From Deltaproteobacteria bacterium (GTDB lineage Bacteria > Desulfobacterota > Binatia > Binatales > Binataceae), in assembly GCA_021827495.1 (NCBI GenBank), contig JAKAVN010000001.1, positions 9,954-73,953 of the forward strand: a stretch of 64,000 bases of DNA. Reading direction: 5' to 3'. The notes under the pieces are model-generated. The model saw only the letters and a list, made by a program, of their open reading frames with translations, had not been told where the DNA came from and searched no databases. Position 1 is the first letter of the stretch. Every line of letters starts with the position of its first letter. A program made the translations under genes and the position numbers. Shown here in pieces: positions 48,120 to 57,900 of the stretch.

Positions 48120-48899
48120 ATGGAGCTCAAGTTCATTAAGTACGAGAAGCGCGGCCACGTGGCCTATATCACGCTCAACCGCCCCGAGGTGATGAACGCA
48201 CTGCATCCGCCATGCCATCCGGAGATGGGCCAGATTTGGGACGACTTTGTGGGCGATAAGCAGTTGTGGGTTGCGATCCTCACCGGGGCCGGCGAGCGCG
48301 CGTTTTCCGCAGGCAACGATCTTAAGTGGACCGCCGAACATCGCGGCGAGACCTTGGATATGGGCAAGCACGGTTTCGCCGGCATCACCTCACGTTTCGA
48401 CATTACCAAGCCGATCATCGCCGCGGTCAACGGCTTCGCGCTGGGCGGCGGATGCGAGATCGCGCTCGCCTGCGACATCATCGTCGCCGCCGACCACGCG
48501 CGCCTGGGACTGCCCGAGCCGCGGGTCGGCCTGATGGCGGGCGCCGGCGGCGTCCATCGCTTGCCGCGCCACATCCCGCTCAAGATCGCGATGGGCATGA
48601 TCCTGACCGGCAAGCACCTCAGCGCCCAGGAGGCCCATCGATGGGGCCTCGTGAACGAGGTCGTTCCGCTGAAAGACCTGATGGCGGCGGCTGAGCGATG
48701 GGCCGGGGAAATCATGGAATGCTCGCCGGTGTCGGTGCAGGCGAGCAAGGAAGCCGCGATGCGGGGGCTCGAGATGCCGCTGGAGAAGGCCTGCGCGCAC
48801 AGCTTCCCCGCGACTACGAAATTGTGGCAATCGAAGGACGTGATCGAAGGACCGCTCGCGTTTGCACAGAAGCGCAAGCCGCAGTGGAAGGGCGAGTAG
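48120..48899 (+). CDS. Enoyl-CoA hydratase/isomerase (crotonase) family protein
   Basis: AFSAGNDLK and GGGCEIALACD crotonase signatures. Confidence 0.85.
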   Translation: MELKFIKYEKRGHVAYITLNRPEVMNALHPPCHPEMGQIWDDFVGDKQLWVAILTGAGERAFSAGNDLKWTAEHRGETLDMGKHGFAGITSRFDITKPIIAAVNGFALGGGCEIALACDIIVAADHARLGLPEPRVGLMAGAGGVHRLPRHIPLKIAMGMILTGKHLSAQEAHRWGLVNEVVPLKDLMAAAERWAGEIMECSPVSVQASKEAAMRGLEMPLEKACAHSFPATTKLWQSKDVIEGPLAFAQKRKPQWKGE

Positions 48900-48946
48900 C
48901 GCGTGCGCGGCCGCGGCGGCTATAAGTGCGGCGGGGAGATCGAACG

Positions 48947-49360
48947 ATGGATCCGCTTTCGGTTCTCGAAGAGAAAAAAATGCCGTTCGCCGAGCTGCTC
49001 GGCATACGAATTCTGAGCGCCGCGCCGGAGCGCGTCACCGCCGAGATGGCCGTGCGCGACAACCTCTGCACGGTTCCTGCGGTGCTGCATGGCGGAGCGC
49101 TGATGGCGCTGGCCGACTCGCTCGGCGCCTATGTGACGCTGCTCAACCTTGCCGCGGGCGCGAGCACCACCACCATCGAGTCGAAAACTAATTTTCTCGC
49201 GTCCGCTCCCGCCGGCACGACCGTCACCGGCGAGTGCGCGGCGGTGCATCGCGGCCGCCGCACGATGGTCTGGCAGACGCGGATCACCAACGCCCAGGGC
49301 AAACTGCTCGCGATCGTGACGCAGACTCAGATGGTGCTCGAGGCGCCCGCGCGCGGTTGA
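48947..49360 (+). CDS. PaaI/YbgC-type hotdog-fold thioesterase
   Basis: HGGALMALADS motif typical of PaaI-family thioesterases. ~138 aa. It lies downstream of the crotonase gene. Confidence 0.75.
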   Translation: MDPLSVLEEKKMPFAELLGIRILSAAPERVTAEMAVRDNLCTVPAVLHGGALMALADSLGAYVTLLNLAAGASTTTIESKTNFLASAPAGTTVTGECAAVHRGRRTMVWQTRITNAQGKLLAIVTQTQMVLEAPARG

Positions 49361-49417
49361 CCTCGGCGCGGCGGAAAGACTGTGATGGTCCATTCCACCC
49401 AGAGGAGCATCCGCCGG

Positions 49418-49894
49418 ATGATGACCCGTCGTGAGCTGATGAAAGCGATGGGCCGATCGGCCGCCGTCGCCGCGCAACTGTTCGCCGCGCTGGCGCTGGC
49501 CCAGGCCGCCGAGGGCGGTGGGCAGCAGGAGGGCAAAGTCATCTCGGGCCCGGGAGCGTCGGACAAGGGCGTCACGGTGCGCGCGATCCTGCAGCACGAT
49601 TTGCCCGACGTGCCGGGCAAGCAGCTCAGCGTGGTGACGGTCGATTTCGCGCCGGGAGCCGCTTCTTCGGCGCATCGCCATCCCGGCTCGGTCGTCGCCT
49701 ATGTGCTGGAGGGCGCGGTGGTGAGCGAGGTCGATCCGGGCAAGCCTGCCACCTATAAGGCCGGGCAGTCGTGGTACGAACTGCCGATGCACACGCATCG
49801 CATCGCGCGCAACGCGAGCAAGCGCCGCCCGGCGAAAATCCTCGCGGTCCTCATCTCGGAGAAGGGCCAGGAACTGGTGCTGCCGCCGGTTTAG
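49418..49894 (+). CDS. Secreted cupin-domain protein (Tat-type signal)
   Basis: Tat-like motif TRRELMKAMGRSAAVAA and the cupin motif G(X)5HxH (AHRHPGSVVAYVLEG) with a later H (MHTHR). The start could also be 49382. Confidence 0.65.
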   Translation: MMTRRELMKAMGRSAAVAAQLFAALALAQAAEGGGQQEGKVISGPGASDKGVTVRAILQHDLPDVPGKQLSVVTVDFAPGAASSAHRHPGSVVAYVLEGAVVSEVDPGKPATYKAGQSWYELPMHTHRIARNASKRRPAKILAVLISEKGQELVLPPV

Positions 49895-50140
49895 CTTCGG
49901 CGGAGGGCGAAGGCGAAGCGGCGTCGGCTGCCGGGTCGAGCCCGGCGAGCGCCGTGCGCGGGAAAACCATCAGTAGGAGATTTTATCTTTCGGGCGAGTG
50001 TTTGCCCGCGTGATACGCCAGCGGATAGGGATAGAAGACCTGCGCGGCCTGCGGGCCGTACTTCGCGATGGCCGCGCGGACGGCTCTGCGGCCGCCGGCC
50101 TCAGCGCTCACGCGACCATCCGCTGGCAGGTTCTCCTCTT

Positions 50141-50266
50141 TAGCAGGTTGCGGAAAAACCCGGCGAAAGACGATTTCGGCGAAGAGTACGCATTACTACG
50201 ATCACGAGAGTGAGTGTTGGATTAATGTTGTCCGGGGTCAAAAACACTTTTTCCGCAACCTGTTAG
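50141..50266. repeat. Copy B of the ~120-bp repeated structured element (terminal inverted repeats TAGCAGGTTGCGGAAAAAC...TTTTTCCGCAACCTGTTA)
   Basis: Aligns over ~116 nt with copy A at 9678-9797 (~84% identity). The 15-bp ends are exact reverse complements. It sits between convergent genes. Confidence 0.7.
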
Positions 50267-50784
50267 AACAGCGGACAGTTGCTTGGATCGGCTCCGTCTT
50301 TACAATACGTGTGAGTGAGAGGTCCGCCCAGCGAAGTGCATACACCATTTGCGTTATCACACAGAGTAGGATTGGTATAGCTAATTGAAAGCAACACGAC
50401 GTCCCCGTCCGCCGGACACGTCCCTCCCTGCGGCGGGTCGAAGTCGTAGGATTGCTGAATTACTCCCCGCCTGGATGCTGTCAACTCAAACGGTCCGTTT
50501 ACGTGTCCGGGTCCACTGTACGTTTGGGTGGCCATGATAGCACCTGCCGCAAGACAGCCAATGGTCACAGTGACTTCTCCGGTCACGGAGTAGTCGACTG
50601 TACTATAAGGAGGCAGCCCGGATTCGCGCCACGAATAGTATAAGTCACCGATTTCGTGGGGCACGGACCGTGCAAAGTTGACTTGGGCGCGGGTCAAATC
50701 GAACTGCGCAGCCCGTGCGCCGCAGCAGATCAACATGAGTAGTGTACTGGCGCAAGCAACAGCCCCAAGCCGAACAAATTTCAT
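50263..50784 (-). CDS. Hypothetical secreted Cys-rich protein (low-GC gene)
   Basis: Signal peptide MKFVRLGAVACASTLLMLICCGARA. Ten Cys residues in the predicted product. GC is ~52% against ~67% for the window. Confidence 0.5.
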   Translation of the reverse strand: MKFVRLGAVACASTLLMLICCGARAAQFDLTRAQVNFARSVPHEIGDLYYSWRESGLPPYSTVDYSVTGEVTVTIGCLAAGAIMATQTYSGPGHVNGPFELTASRRGVIQQSYDFDPPQGGTCPADGDVVLLSISYTNPTLCDNANGVCTSLGGPLTHTYCKDGADPSNCPLF

Positions 50785-51429
50785 AGGCGTCTTCCGGCCC
50801 CGTCTCCGAACGATTGACGTTGCAAGAACGCAAGGGGCGTGCCGATGCAGGAGGATTGCTGGCCGCGCATGTCCTGGCAATGACGTGGGGACAGGTTTGC
50901 GCAGGTTTGCGCGAAGGGACGTTTACGGATCGAGAGTGCCCGTAAAGGCGCGGTCAGAATGGAAGTGATCATGGCGGCGAAAGCGGCAGAATGCGGGCGC
51001 ACGCAAACCGATTAGCCGGCGGATGTGACAAAAAGTTGGCGCAGCAGTACCGCCATCACTCCGGCCGCGCGCGTGACCGGCCACATCAGCAGCGCCGCGC
51101 CGGGAATCGTCGTCGACCAGGCCAGCGTGCATCCGGCCGTCGCTCACGCGGCCTTGGTGAACAGCGGGTCGAGCCGATGCGAGCGCGCGTGGGATCTGTG
51201 GATCGCCGGCGGCGCCGAAGCCGAGACGGAGGTGAGAAAAGCCGCCAAGCAGCGGAATCCCGAGAAAAGCGAAAGACGCGATGGCGTAGATGGCGAGCGC
51301 TGCGGCGGGCTCGGCAGGCCGGCCCGGCGGGGTTGCGCTGCGCGCTGGCGGCGTCATCGGCGGCCGAGGATGGCCCTCTCTCGTGTGCTTACGCGATAAA
51401 CCCCGTTTCCCTGAGTCATTGCAGGGCTG

Positions 51430-51870
51430 CTACTTCTTTGCCTTGAGCGGGTCGGCGAACTCGGTGGTGAAGCCGCCGGCCTTGAGCGCCTCGACACAGC
51501 AGGCGACATCTTCTTCTATCGTGCCGCCGCTGGCGCCCACGGCGCCCAGAAAGTCTCCCTTCTCCACGATCGGCAGACCGCCCGCCACGATGCATATGCG
51601 TGAGTCGGTGTGCTGCAGGCCATAGCCAAAAGCCTCGGGCATCATGATCGGGCGCAGCATCGCGGTGGGCCGCTTGAACGCGATCGCGGTCCAAGCCTTC
51701 TTGATTGCGATATCGACGTTGGCGATCCGTCCGCCCTCGGGCCGCTCCAGGCCGCGTAGATGGCCGCCGAAATCCACGATCGCGATCGTGCTCGGCTTGC
51801 CCACCTCTTGGGCCTTGCGATTTGCCGCCTGTAGCATCTTGCGAATTTCTTCGAGTGTCACTTCACGCAT
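51430..51870 (-). CDS. GlcG/HbpS-like (DUF336) haem-binding/degrading-family protein
   Basis: ~146 aa with the GAVGASGG motif characteristic of GlcG-family proteins. Confidence 0.65.
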   Translation of the reverse strand: MREVTLEEIRKMLQAANRKAQEVGKPSTIAIVDFGGHLRGLERPEGGRIANVDIAIKKAWTAIAFKRPTAMLRPIMMPEAFGYGLQHTDSRICIVAGGLPIVEKGDFLGAVGASGGTIEEDVACCVEALKAGGFTTEFADPLKAKK

Positions 51871-52017
51871 CTATCTTCAACTCCTAACTTTATGATTGCG
51901 TAATCTACGTCGGCCTCGCCACCTCCACGACTGTGTCGGAGGTCGCCACGGCGACCGCTGGGACCCTGCGCTTCGCCAGTCAAGCTGGGATCGTTTGGCG
52001 GGTTGTTCGACCGCCAG

Positions 52018-52995
52018 TCAAAAAGTGTAGCGCTTGCCGACTACCGAAGGGTCCACGACCGTCTCGCCGACTGCGTTGGCAAATGCCCTGACGGCGCGCC
52101 AGCCGGTGCAGTGCCCGGCGGCTATCGTGGACAGGTTGAACTCCTTCACGGCTTGCACCGTCTCCGGAATGATTTTTTCATTAGGGCCCGCGAGATGAAA
52201 CCCCCCAAGCACCGCATAGAGGGGGATGCCGGGAGCGCAGTCGCGGGCATGCTTCAACACGTTTACCACCCCGGCATGTGAGCATGCCGTGAACACCACT
52301 AGCCCCTTTCCGGCAACGTTTACCATCAAAAATCGCTCGTCGATCAACAGAGGGTCGGGCATCCAGTTCCCGGCCTCGGTCTTTTGGTAATGCGCGGGCA
52401 GCCCGTGCTCGAACGGCGTCACTCGCGGGATCTCACCGCTCAGGTAAAACATGCTATCGAGAAGGACTTGGGGCTCCCGGGTGCAGTTGACCTGTGCGCC
52501 ATGTGCGGTCAGAGCTTCGATACTCGGAACGTCTTTTATGGGGAGCATGCTGCCGTTGGGCAGTCGCCGTGCGCGCGCCCGGAACATCCCAAGATGAGCA
52601 TAATACGGAGTCGGACGGCCGCCGTTGCGGCTGCGGACGAGGTCGAGCGCTTTGAGCATTCCTCCTGCATGGTCCCAGTGCCCATGGGACAGCACGATGC
52701 TTTCGACCGTCCCCAAATCGACGCCAAGGCGCTTGGAGTTGCGCTCGAACGCATATTCTTCCGGTCCGGTGTCGAAAAGGACGGTGTGCCGGTGTGCGCC
52801 GCGAGTGGCCGTGATCAGGTGGGAGAGGCCATGGCAGGCGCAGCAAAGACAGTCACCGGACAGCTCCCGCATCCCGTGCCGCTCCAGAAAGGTGAACTCG
52901 GATTCCACGTGAGCGGGAATGGTCGAAAGGCTGTCGGTCGCATTATCGACCACGACGTGAATCTCGATCTTATCGATCGGCGCGATACCAGCCAT
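52018..52995 (-). CDS. MBL-fold metallo-hydrolase
   Basis: HGHWDH metal-binding motif and a downstream His/Asp/Cys ligand (TACSHAG). Confidence 0.8.
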   Translation of the reverse strand: MAGIAPIDKIEIHVVVDNATDSLSTIPAHVESEFTFLERHGMRELSGDCLCCACHGLSHLITATRGAHRHTVLFDTGPEEYAFERNSKRLGVDLGTVESIVLSHGHWDHAGGMLKALDLVRSRNGGRPTPYYAHLGMFRARARRLPNGSMLPIKDVPSIEALTAHGAQVNCTREPQVLLDSMFYLSGEIPRVTPFEHGLPAHYQKTEAGNWMPDPLLIDERFLMVNVAGKGLVVFTACSHAGVVNVLKHARDCAPGIPLYAVLGGFHLAGPNEKIIPETVQAVKEFNLSTIAAGHCTGWRAVRAFANAVGETVVDPSVVGKRYTF

Positions 52996-53057
52996 TGGAA
53001 TCTCGCTACCTTCCCGGTGCAGGTTTTTCGGCGCAAGGGCAAGACGCCATCACGGGT

Positions 53058-53951
53058 TCAATCTGTTTCGATCGGCAGCGAGCCGTCTCTAGCCCACTCG
53101 CCCATAGAACCATCATACAGGGTAAGGTGTTCATACCCGAGCTGATACAGCACAAATAAATCGACGGTGGCTGAAATCCCGCCGCCACAGTAGCAGATGA
53201 CGTTCTTGGAGGTTTCCACGCCGGCCGCACTGAACTTTGTGCTGGCGTCCGCCAATGGCACGAACGCCTTCGTGTTGCGATCTAGTAACTTCCCCGCCGG
53301 CACATTTACACTGCCAGGAATTCGCCTAGGGCGACCGTAGCGGCTGGGGCTGGTCCCGCGATGAAGCTCAGAGGGTAAAGCGTTGACGATGACGGTGTTG
53401 GTATCTGCGAGCGCAGCCCGCACCTGCTCCTTGCCAACGAACAGCCCGGGACGTGGCCGCGCAACGAAGGTAGCGGGGGGATACGCACAGGGCTCAGTAG
53501 AAACCGGGCGGCCTTCGGCATGCCATTTCTCCCAGCCGCCATCCAATATGGCCGCGTTGTCGAACCCAAACGCCCGCAGCATCCACCACACACGAGTCGC
53601 CCACATGATACCGTCGGCACTGTACAGGACGACGCGGGTGCCTTCTCCGACACCACAACGGGACATCACAGCAGCGAACTGGCCGGCGGACGGCAGCATG
53701 AAGCGCAGCTTCGTCGTATTGTCCGACAGTTCCCCCTGGAGATCGATAAACCCCGCGCCCGCAATATGCGCGGCGTCATAGTCCGCCTTACCGCTGACGA
53801 TGCGATAGGGGGCATCGGTGTCGGCCTGCGCAGGTAGGAGGTGCGTCGTACAATCAAAGATGCGTAGATTGGCGTCGCTGCGATGGGCCTCAAGCCAGTC
53901 AGTCTGCACGAGGGCATTAGGATCGTGATATGCGATTGTATTTTCGGCCAT
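53058..53951 (-). CDS. Two-domain rhodanese sulfurtransferase (3-mercaptopyruvate/thiosulfate sulfurtransferase-like)
   Basis: Tandem rhodanese domains. The active-site Cys loop CYCGGGISA is in domain 2. The start is placed at MAENTIAYHD. Confidence 0.8.
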   Translation of the reverse strand: MAENTIAYHDPNALVQTDWLEAHRSDANLRIFDCTTHLLPAQADTDAPYRIVSGKADYDAAHIAGAGFIDLQGELSDNTTKLRFMLPSAGQFAAVMSRCGVGEGTRVVLYSADGIMWATRVWWMLRAFGFDNAAILDGGWEKWHAEGRPVSTEPCAYPPATFVARPRPGLFVGKEQVRAALADTNTVIVNALPSELHRGTSPSRYGRPRRIPGSVNVPAGKLLDRNTKAFVPLADASTKFSAAGVETSKNVICYCGGGISATVDLFVLYQLGYEHLTLYDGSMGEWARDGSLPIETD

Positions 53952-54123
53952 GTTTTGCCTGCACGGTTGGTCTTGCTTTGCAGTCTCTCTGGATCGCACT
54001 ACTGTGGAGTGGAGTCAAATCACAGCCGCTGTCTCCGTGCAATCACAACGGGGGTGTGAAACCAACCCTTGAAGTCCGTCGCCCAACGCACTTGATCTGT
54101 CGTCCCGAGCGCGGACGAGGTCT

Positions 54124-54528
54124 TCAAGGAGCGGGCGTCGGCGCCGTAAAGCCCAGCTTTTCGGCCGACTCGGGATAGAGCCACAAGGTCTTGCCCGATT
54201 GCGGACCGTCGAGGACGCGAACCTCGGTCATCCCCTTTTCGCTCGGACCAGCCGCTGCGACCAAGGTGCCCGCGGGCACCATCAGCAGGTTTCCGTGGTA
54301 AAAGAGCTTGCTCACTTCCATCGTCCCGAAGGCGTCGAGCGTGCGCAGCGCAGCGGCCCCTTCGGCGTAGGATTCCTTGCTGTCCGCCGCGACCGCTTCC
54401 TTCGCAAGGCGCCATTGCTTGCCCGTGACCGGCGGCGCGTCCGGGCCCTGCGCCGGTCCCGAAGACTTGCACGACACTATCAGGAGAGCGACGCAAACAG
54501 ACATGATGGCGGAGGTTGTTCTGTTCAC
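54124..54528 (-). CDS. Hypothetical lipoprotein
   Basis: Signal peptide plus lipobox LIVSC. 134 aa, no recognisable domain. Confidence 0.5.
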   Translation of the reverse strand: MNRTTSAIMSVCVALLIVSCKSSGPAQGPDAPPVTGKQWRLAKEAVAADSKESYAEGAAALRTLDAFGTMEVSKLFYHGNLLMVPAGTLVAAAGPSEKGMTEVRVLDGPQSGKTLWLYPESAEKLGFTAPTPAP

Positions 54529-54550
54529 GGGATCTTTTCGAAGCTCCTCT

Positions 54551-55450
54551 TCAGATGATCTTGTTGAGCGGGTACTCGATTATCCCGACCGCGCCGGCTT
54601 CGAGCAGCTTGGGAAACAACTCGCGCACGGTGTGTTCGGCGATCACGGTCTCGACCGCCAGCCATTCCTTGCCCTTGAGATTGGGCGAGGCATAGAGGTG
54701 CGAAACGGTTGGCGCGGTAATCGAGGGCAGCAGCGTGATCACCTTTTCCAGGTTCTCGCGGGCGACGTTCATCTTGATCCCGACCCGGTTTTCGGCGTCG
54801 AGTGCGCCGCGCAGCAGCATCCCAATCTGCCGAATCTTGGCCTGCTTCCATCCCACCGCCCACGCGATCGGGTTGGCCACCAGCACCGGGGTCGAGGTAA
54901 GCAGTTGCTCGACGATCCGCAGGCCGTTGGCGCGCAACGACGAGCCGGTCTCGGTGACCTCGACCACGGCGTCGACCAGGCCTTCGGCGGCCTTGGCCTC
55001 GGTGGCGCCCCAGGAAAATTCAACTTCGACTTTAATTTTGCGCTCGAGGAAGACCCGGCGCGTGAATTCGACCATCTCGGTCGCCACGCGCTTGCCGTCG
55101 AGGTCTTCCAGCCGGCGCACCGGCGAGGAGTCGGGAACGGCGAGCACCCAGCGCGTCGGCGCCAGCGAGACCTTGGAGTAGATGAAGCTTTCGACTTCGA
55201 CCAACTCGACCGCGTTCTCGACGATCCAATCGCTGCCGGTAATGCCGGCGTCGAGCGAGCCGTCGGCGATGTAGCGCGGCATCTCCTGCGGGCGGAGCAG
55301 ACGGCAGCTTAGGGTGGGGTCATCGACGCTCGGCATGTAGGAGCGCGCGCCGACCGACACGCGCCATCCCGACTTGCGCATCAGCTCGATGGTCTGGGCT
55401 TCGAGGCTGCCCTTGGGCAATCCGAATTTGAGTACGTTGTCAGCGGGCAT
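54551..55450 (-). CDS. hisG: ATP phosphoribosyltransferase (long form with C-terminal regulatory domain)
   Basis: LKFGLPKGSL N-terminus, the PRPP-binding region (EVTETGSSLRANGL) and a ~75-aa C-terminal domain. Confidence 0.85.
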   Translation of the reverse strand: MPADNVLKFGLPKGSLEAQTIELMRKSGWRVSVGARSYMPSVDDPTLSCRLLRPQEMPRYIADGSLDAGITGSDWIVENAVELVEVESFIYSKVSLAPTRWVLAVPDSSPVRRLEDLDGKRVATEMVEFTRRVFLERKIKVEVEFSWGATEAKAAEGLVDAVVEVTETGSSLRANGLRIVEQLLTSTPVLVANPIAWAVGWKQAKIRQIGMLLRGALDAENRVGIKMNVARENLEKVITLLPSITAPTVSHLYASPNLKGKEWLAVETVIAEHTVRELFPKLLEAGAVGIIEYPLNKII

Positions 55451-55510
55451 AATCGCTAGCGTCGTTTCCGTGTCGTGGCGTTATTGAACGTGAGACGGGT
55501 TGCGCGCGGC

Positions 55511-55948
55511 TCAGTGCGCGGGCTTGGGCTGATGGCCGTAACCGGGGCCGTACTTGGCGGGGTCGACCCGGCGCGTATCGACGATGTGCAAGGCGCCGTC
55601 GCGCCACACCCGGAAGAAGCACGATTCGTAGCCCTCGTGGCAGGCGGCGCGGTCGCCGTGCTGCTCGACCGAGAGCAGGATGGTGTCGTTGTCGCAGTCG
55701 ATGCGGATCTCGTGCACGGTCTGGTAGTTGCCAGACTCTTCGCCCTTGCGCCACAGGCGGTTGCGCGAGCGCGAGAAGTAGCAGGCGTGGCCGGTCTTGA
55801 GCGTTTCCTCGAAGGCCTCGCGGTTCATGTAAGCGACCATCAGGAGGCGGCCGCTTTGGTGGTCCTGGGTGACGACCGGGACCACGCCGCCGCTTTTCTC
55901 GAAATCGATCTGTGACGCTGCCTGCTGCGATGCCGACTGGGTTTCCAT
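55511..55948 (-). CDS. hisI: Phosphoribosyl-AMP cyclohydrolase
   Basis: [18 protein letters not shown]...[16 protein letters not shown]...CHEG matches HisI. It is immediately downstream of hisG. Confidence 0.8.
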   Translation of the reverse strand: METQSASQQAASQIDFEKSGGVVPVVTQDHQSGRLLMVAYMNREAFEETLKTGHACYFSRSRNRLWRKGEESGNYQTVHEIRIDCDNDTILLSVEQHGDRAACHEGYESCFFRVWRDGALHIVDTRRVDPAKYGPGYGHQPKPAH

Positions 55949-56202
55949 CCGCGTGAGCCGGCCCCCGGCGCCGGCAAACTCCTTTTGTGAATCCGAAAGT
56001 ATCAATTAAAGTCCGGCCGGTTTCAATGCCGGCGCCACCGCGGAGAGGGGGGCGGTTTCAAAACCGGGCGGCGCATGTATAGAGTCGCTGGGGGGATGGT
56101 CAAGGATCGCCGCGTGCGCCACGTGGCCGCCAGCGCGGCGTGAAGGCCAGACCGGGGAGCGGCGAATGGATTGGCGCCGGCCCGCAGAGAAGCGATTGGC
56201 AG

Positions 56203-57081
56203 ATGGGCGATAATCGGATGAGGCTCCGCCGGCCAATAAGAGGCGCGCTGGCCGCGGCGTTGGCGCTGCTGGCCGCGGCGGCCTGCGCTTGCCGCCATAG
56301 CGCGCAAGCGCCCGTACGGCCAAAGCCCGCCTTCGTGCCATTCAACTTTCAGATCGCGGTGGGCGCCGACCATTACAATATCGAGGGCTTCATCGCGCAT
56401 CCCGGCGACCCCGGCCGCATGCCCGCGCTGCTCGTGCTGACGGCGGGCGAGGGCAACGCGCGCCGCTGTATCGAACAGAGCACCGGGCTGGTCGCACTCG
56501 GCATGCTGGAGGCCTGCATCAGCATCCCCGGCTACGGCAAGTCGTCGGGGCCGAGCCGTTTCGTCGGGCCGCAGGCGGTCGAGGCGGCGCATCGCGCGGT
56601 CGACCTGCTGGCGGCGCGGCCGGACGTCGCCCCGGACCGCATCGCAGTCTGGGGATTGTCGGACGGGGCGGTGGCGGCGGGGTTGCTGATGGACAGTGAC
56701 CCGCGGCTGCACGCGGTGATTTTACAGTCGGGCTTTTACGACACGCTCAAGATGTGGCCCGAGGCGCCGCTGCGTGAGAAGGTCACCATCCTGCGCCAGG
56801 TGTGGCCGAGCCATCGCGTGCTGGCCGAGCGCAGCGTGATCGCGCATCTGCCGCCCAAGCTCGCTTGCAACGTGCTCATCCTGCACGGCGAGCACGACAA
56901 GGAGATGCCGGTGCAGCAGGCCAAACGGCTGGCCCACGAGCTCCAGCGGCGGGGGGCCAAGGTTGAGACGCGCTTTTTCGACGACGGCCACGACCTCGGC
57001 GGCAAGGTCGACGGGCCGCTCAAGGAATTCCTGCGTCAAAACTTGATCGCTGCGGCGCCACGCACGCCGGGGCCGCCGTGA
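56203..57081 (+). CDS. Secreted alpha/beta hydrolase (dienelactone hydrolase/S9 peptidase-like)
   Basis: Signal peptide (LAAALALLAAAACAC), nucleophile elbow GLSDGA and a C-terminal HGEHD...H region. The start is uncertain (56203 or 56218). Confidence 0.7.
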   Translation: MGDNRMRLRRPIRGALAAALALLAAAACACRHSAQAPVRPKPAFVPFNFQIAVGADHYNIEGFIAHPGDPGRMPALLVLTAGEGNARRCIEQSTGLVALGMLEACISIPGYGKSSGPSRFVGPQAVEAAHRAVDLLAARPDVAPDRIAVWGLSDGAVAAGLLMDSDPRLHAVILQSGFYDTLKMWPEAPLREKVTILRQVWPSHRVLAERSVIAHLPPKLACNVLILHGEHDKEMPVQQAKRLAHELQRRGAKVETRFFDDGHDLGGKVDGPLKEFLRQNLIAAAPRTPGPP

Positions 57082-57332
57082 GGCGGCAAATCGTATCGTC
57101 TGATCGCGTTGGCGCAGGTGCCCGTTGGAGCCGCAGGCCGCACGGCACAAGAGCCTAGCAGCGTGTTGAGAAACTGCTCAATCTCGCGATCAGACGTGGG
57201 TCCATTCTCAACACCCTGTTAGGGACTTTCCACATCTGCCCATCATGAAGCCTGGAGCCTTTACACCTCAACTTGACCGCGCGTGCTCTCTAACTTTGAC
57301 GGCGTTCGCTATTCTGGCTATCTTATAGCCAG

Positions 57333-57644
57333 ATGCGGTATGAGATCGTCCTTGCCCCGGAAGCGGCCGAGGCCTACCAAGCTTTGCCGGCCTTTCCGCG
57401 CGCCCAAGTGCGGGACGCTCTCGAACGGCACCTGCGACACCAGCCAACCCTGGTGAACAAGAGCCGGATCAAGCGTTTGCGGGGCTTGAGCCAGCCGCGA
57501 TACCGGCTCCGGGTTGGGAAGGTTAGAGTTTTCTATGACGTCACCACCGAAACCGTCGAAGTTCTCGCCATCGTTAAGAAAGCCGAGGCTGCGCGCTGGC
57601 TCGCCCGGCACGGAACGCCCGATGCGCCGGGTGGCGCTGGCTGA
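57333..57644 (+). CDS. Type II toxin-antitoxin system RelE/ParE-family toxin
   Basis: ...KRLRGLSQPRYRLRVGKVRVFYDVTTETVEVLAIVKK... matches the RelE/ParE core (R-x-Y-R-x-R-x-G-x-Y-R-x-x-Y). Confidence 0.8.
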   Translation: MRYEIVLAPEAAEAYQALPAFPRAQVRDALERHLRHQPTLVNKSRIKRLRGLSQPRYRLRVGKVRVFYDVTTETVEVLAIVKKAEAARWLARHGTPDAPGGAG

Positions 57645-57867
57645 AGTCAAGGACGACCTGTCGCGATTTCTGCGCCTCGCCGAGTCCGAGGAGATTGTGA
57701 TCACGCGCCACGGAAAGCCGGCCGGCGTGCTCATTGGGTTTGAAACCGAGGAAGACTGGTTCGACTATCGCCTGGAACACCATCCCGAGTTTTTGCGCCG
57801 GGTGGCCAAGGCGCGCGACGCGTTGAGGACCGGCCGCGGGGTTCGACTGGAAGACTTGCCGCGGTAA
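57622..57867 (+). CDS. Type II antitoxin, Phd/YefM-like
   Basis: MRRVALAEVKDDLSRFLRLAESEEIVITRHGKPAGVLIGFETEEDW is a Phd/YefM-type N-terminal fold. It overlaps the toxin 3' end by 23 nt in another frame. Confidence 0.65.
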   Translation: MRRVALAEVKDDLSRFLRLAESEEIVITRHGKPAGVLIGFETEEDWFDYRLEHHPEFLRRVAKARDALRTGRGVRLEDLPR

Positions 57868-57900
57868 GGCGGATGCCAGGCCTCGATTCCGATACGCGGG

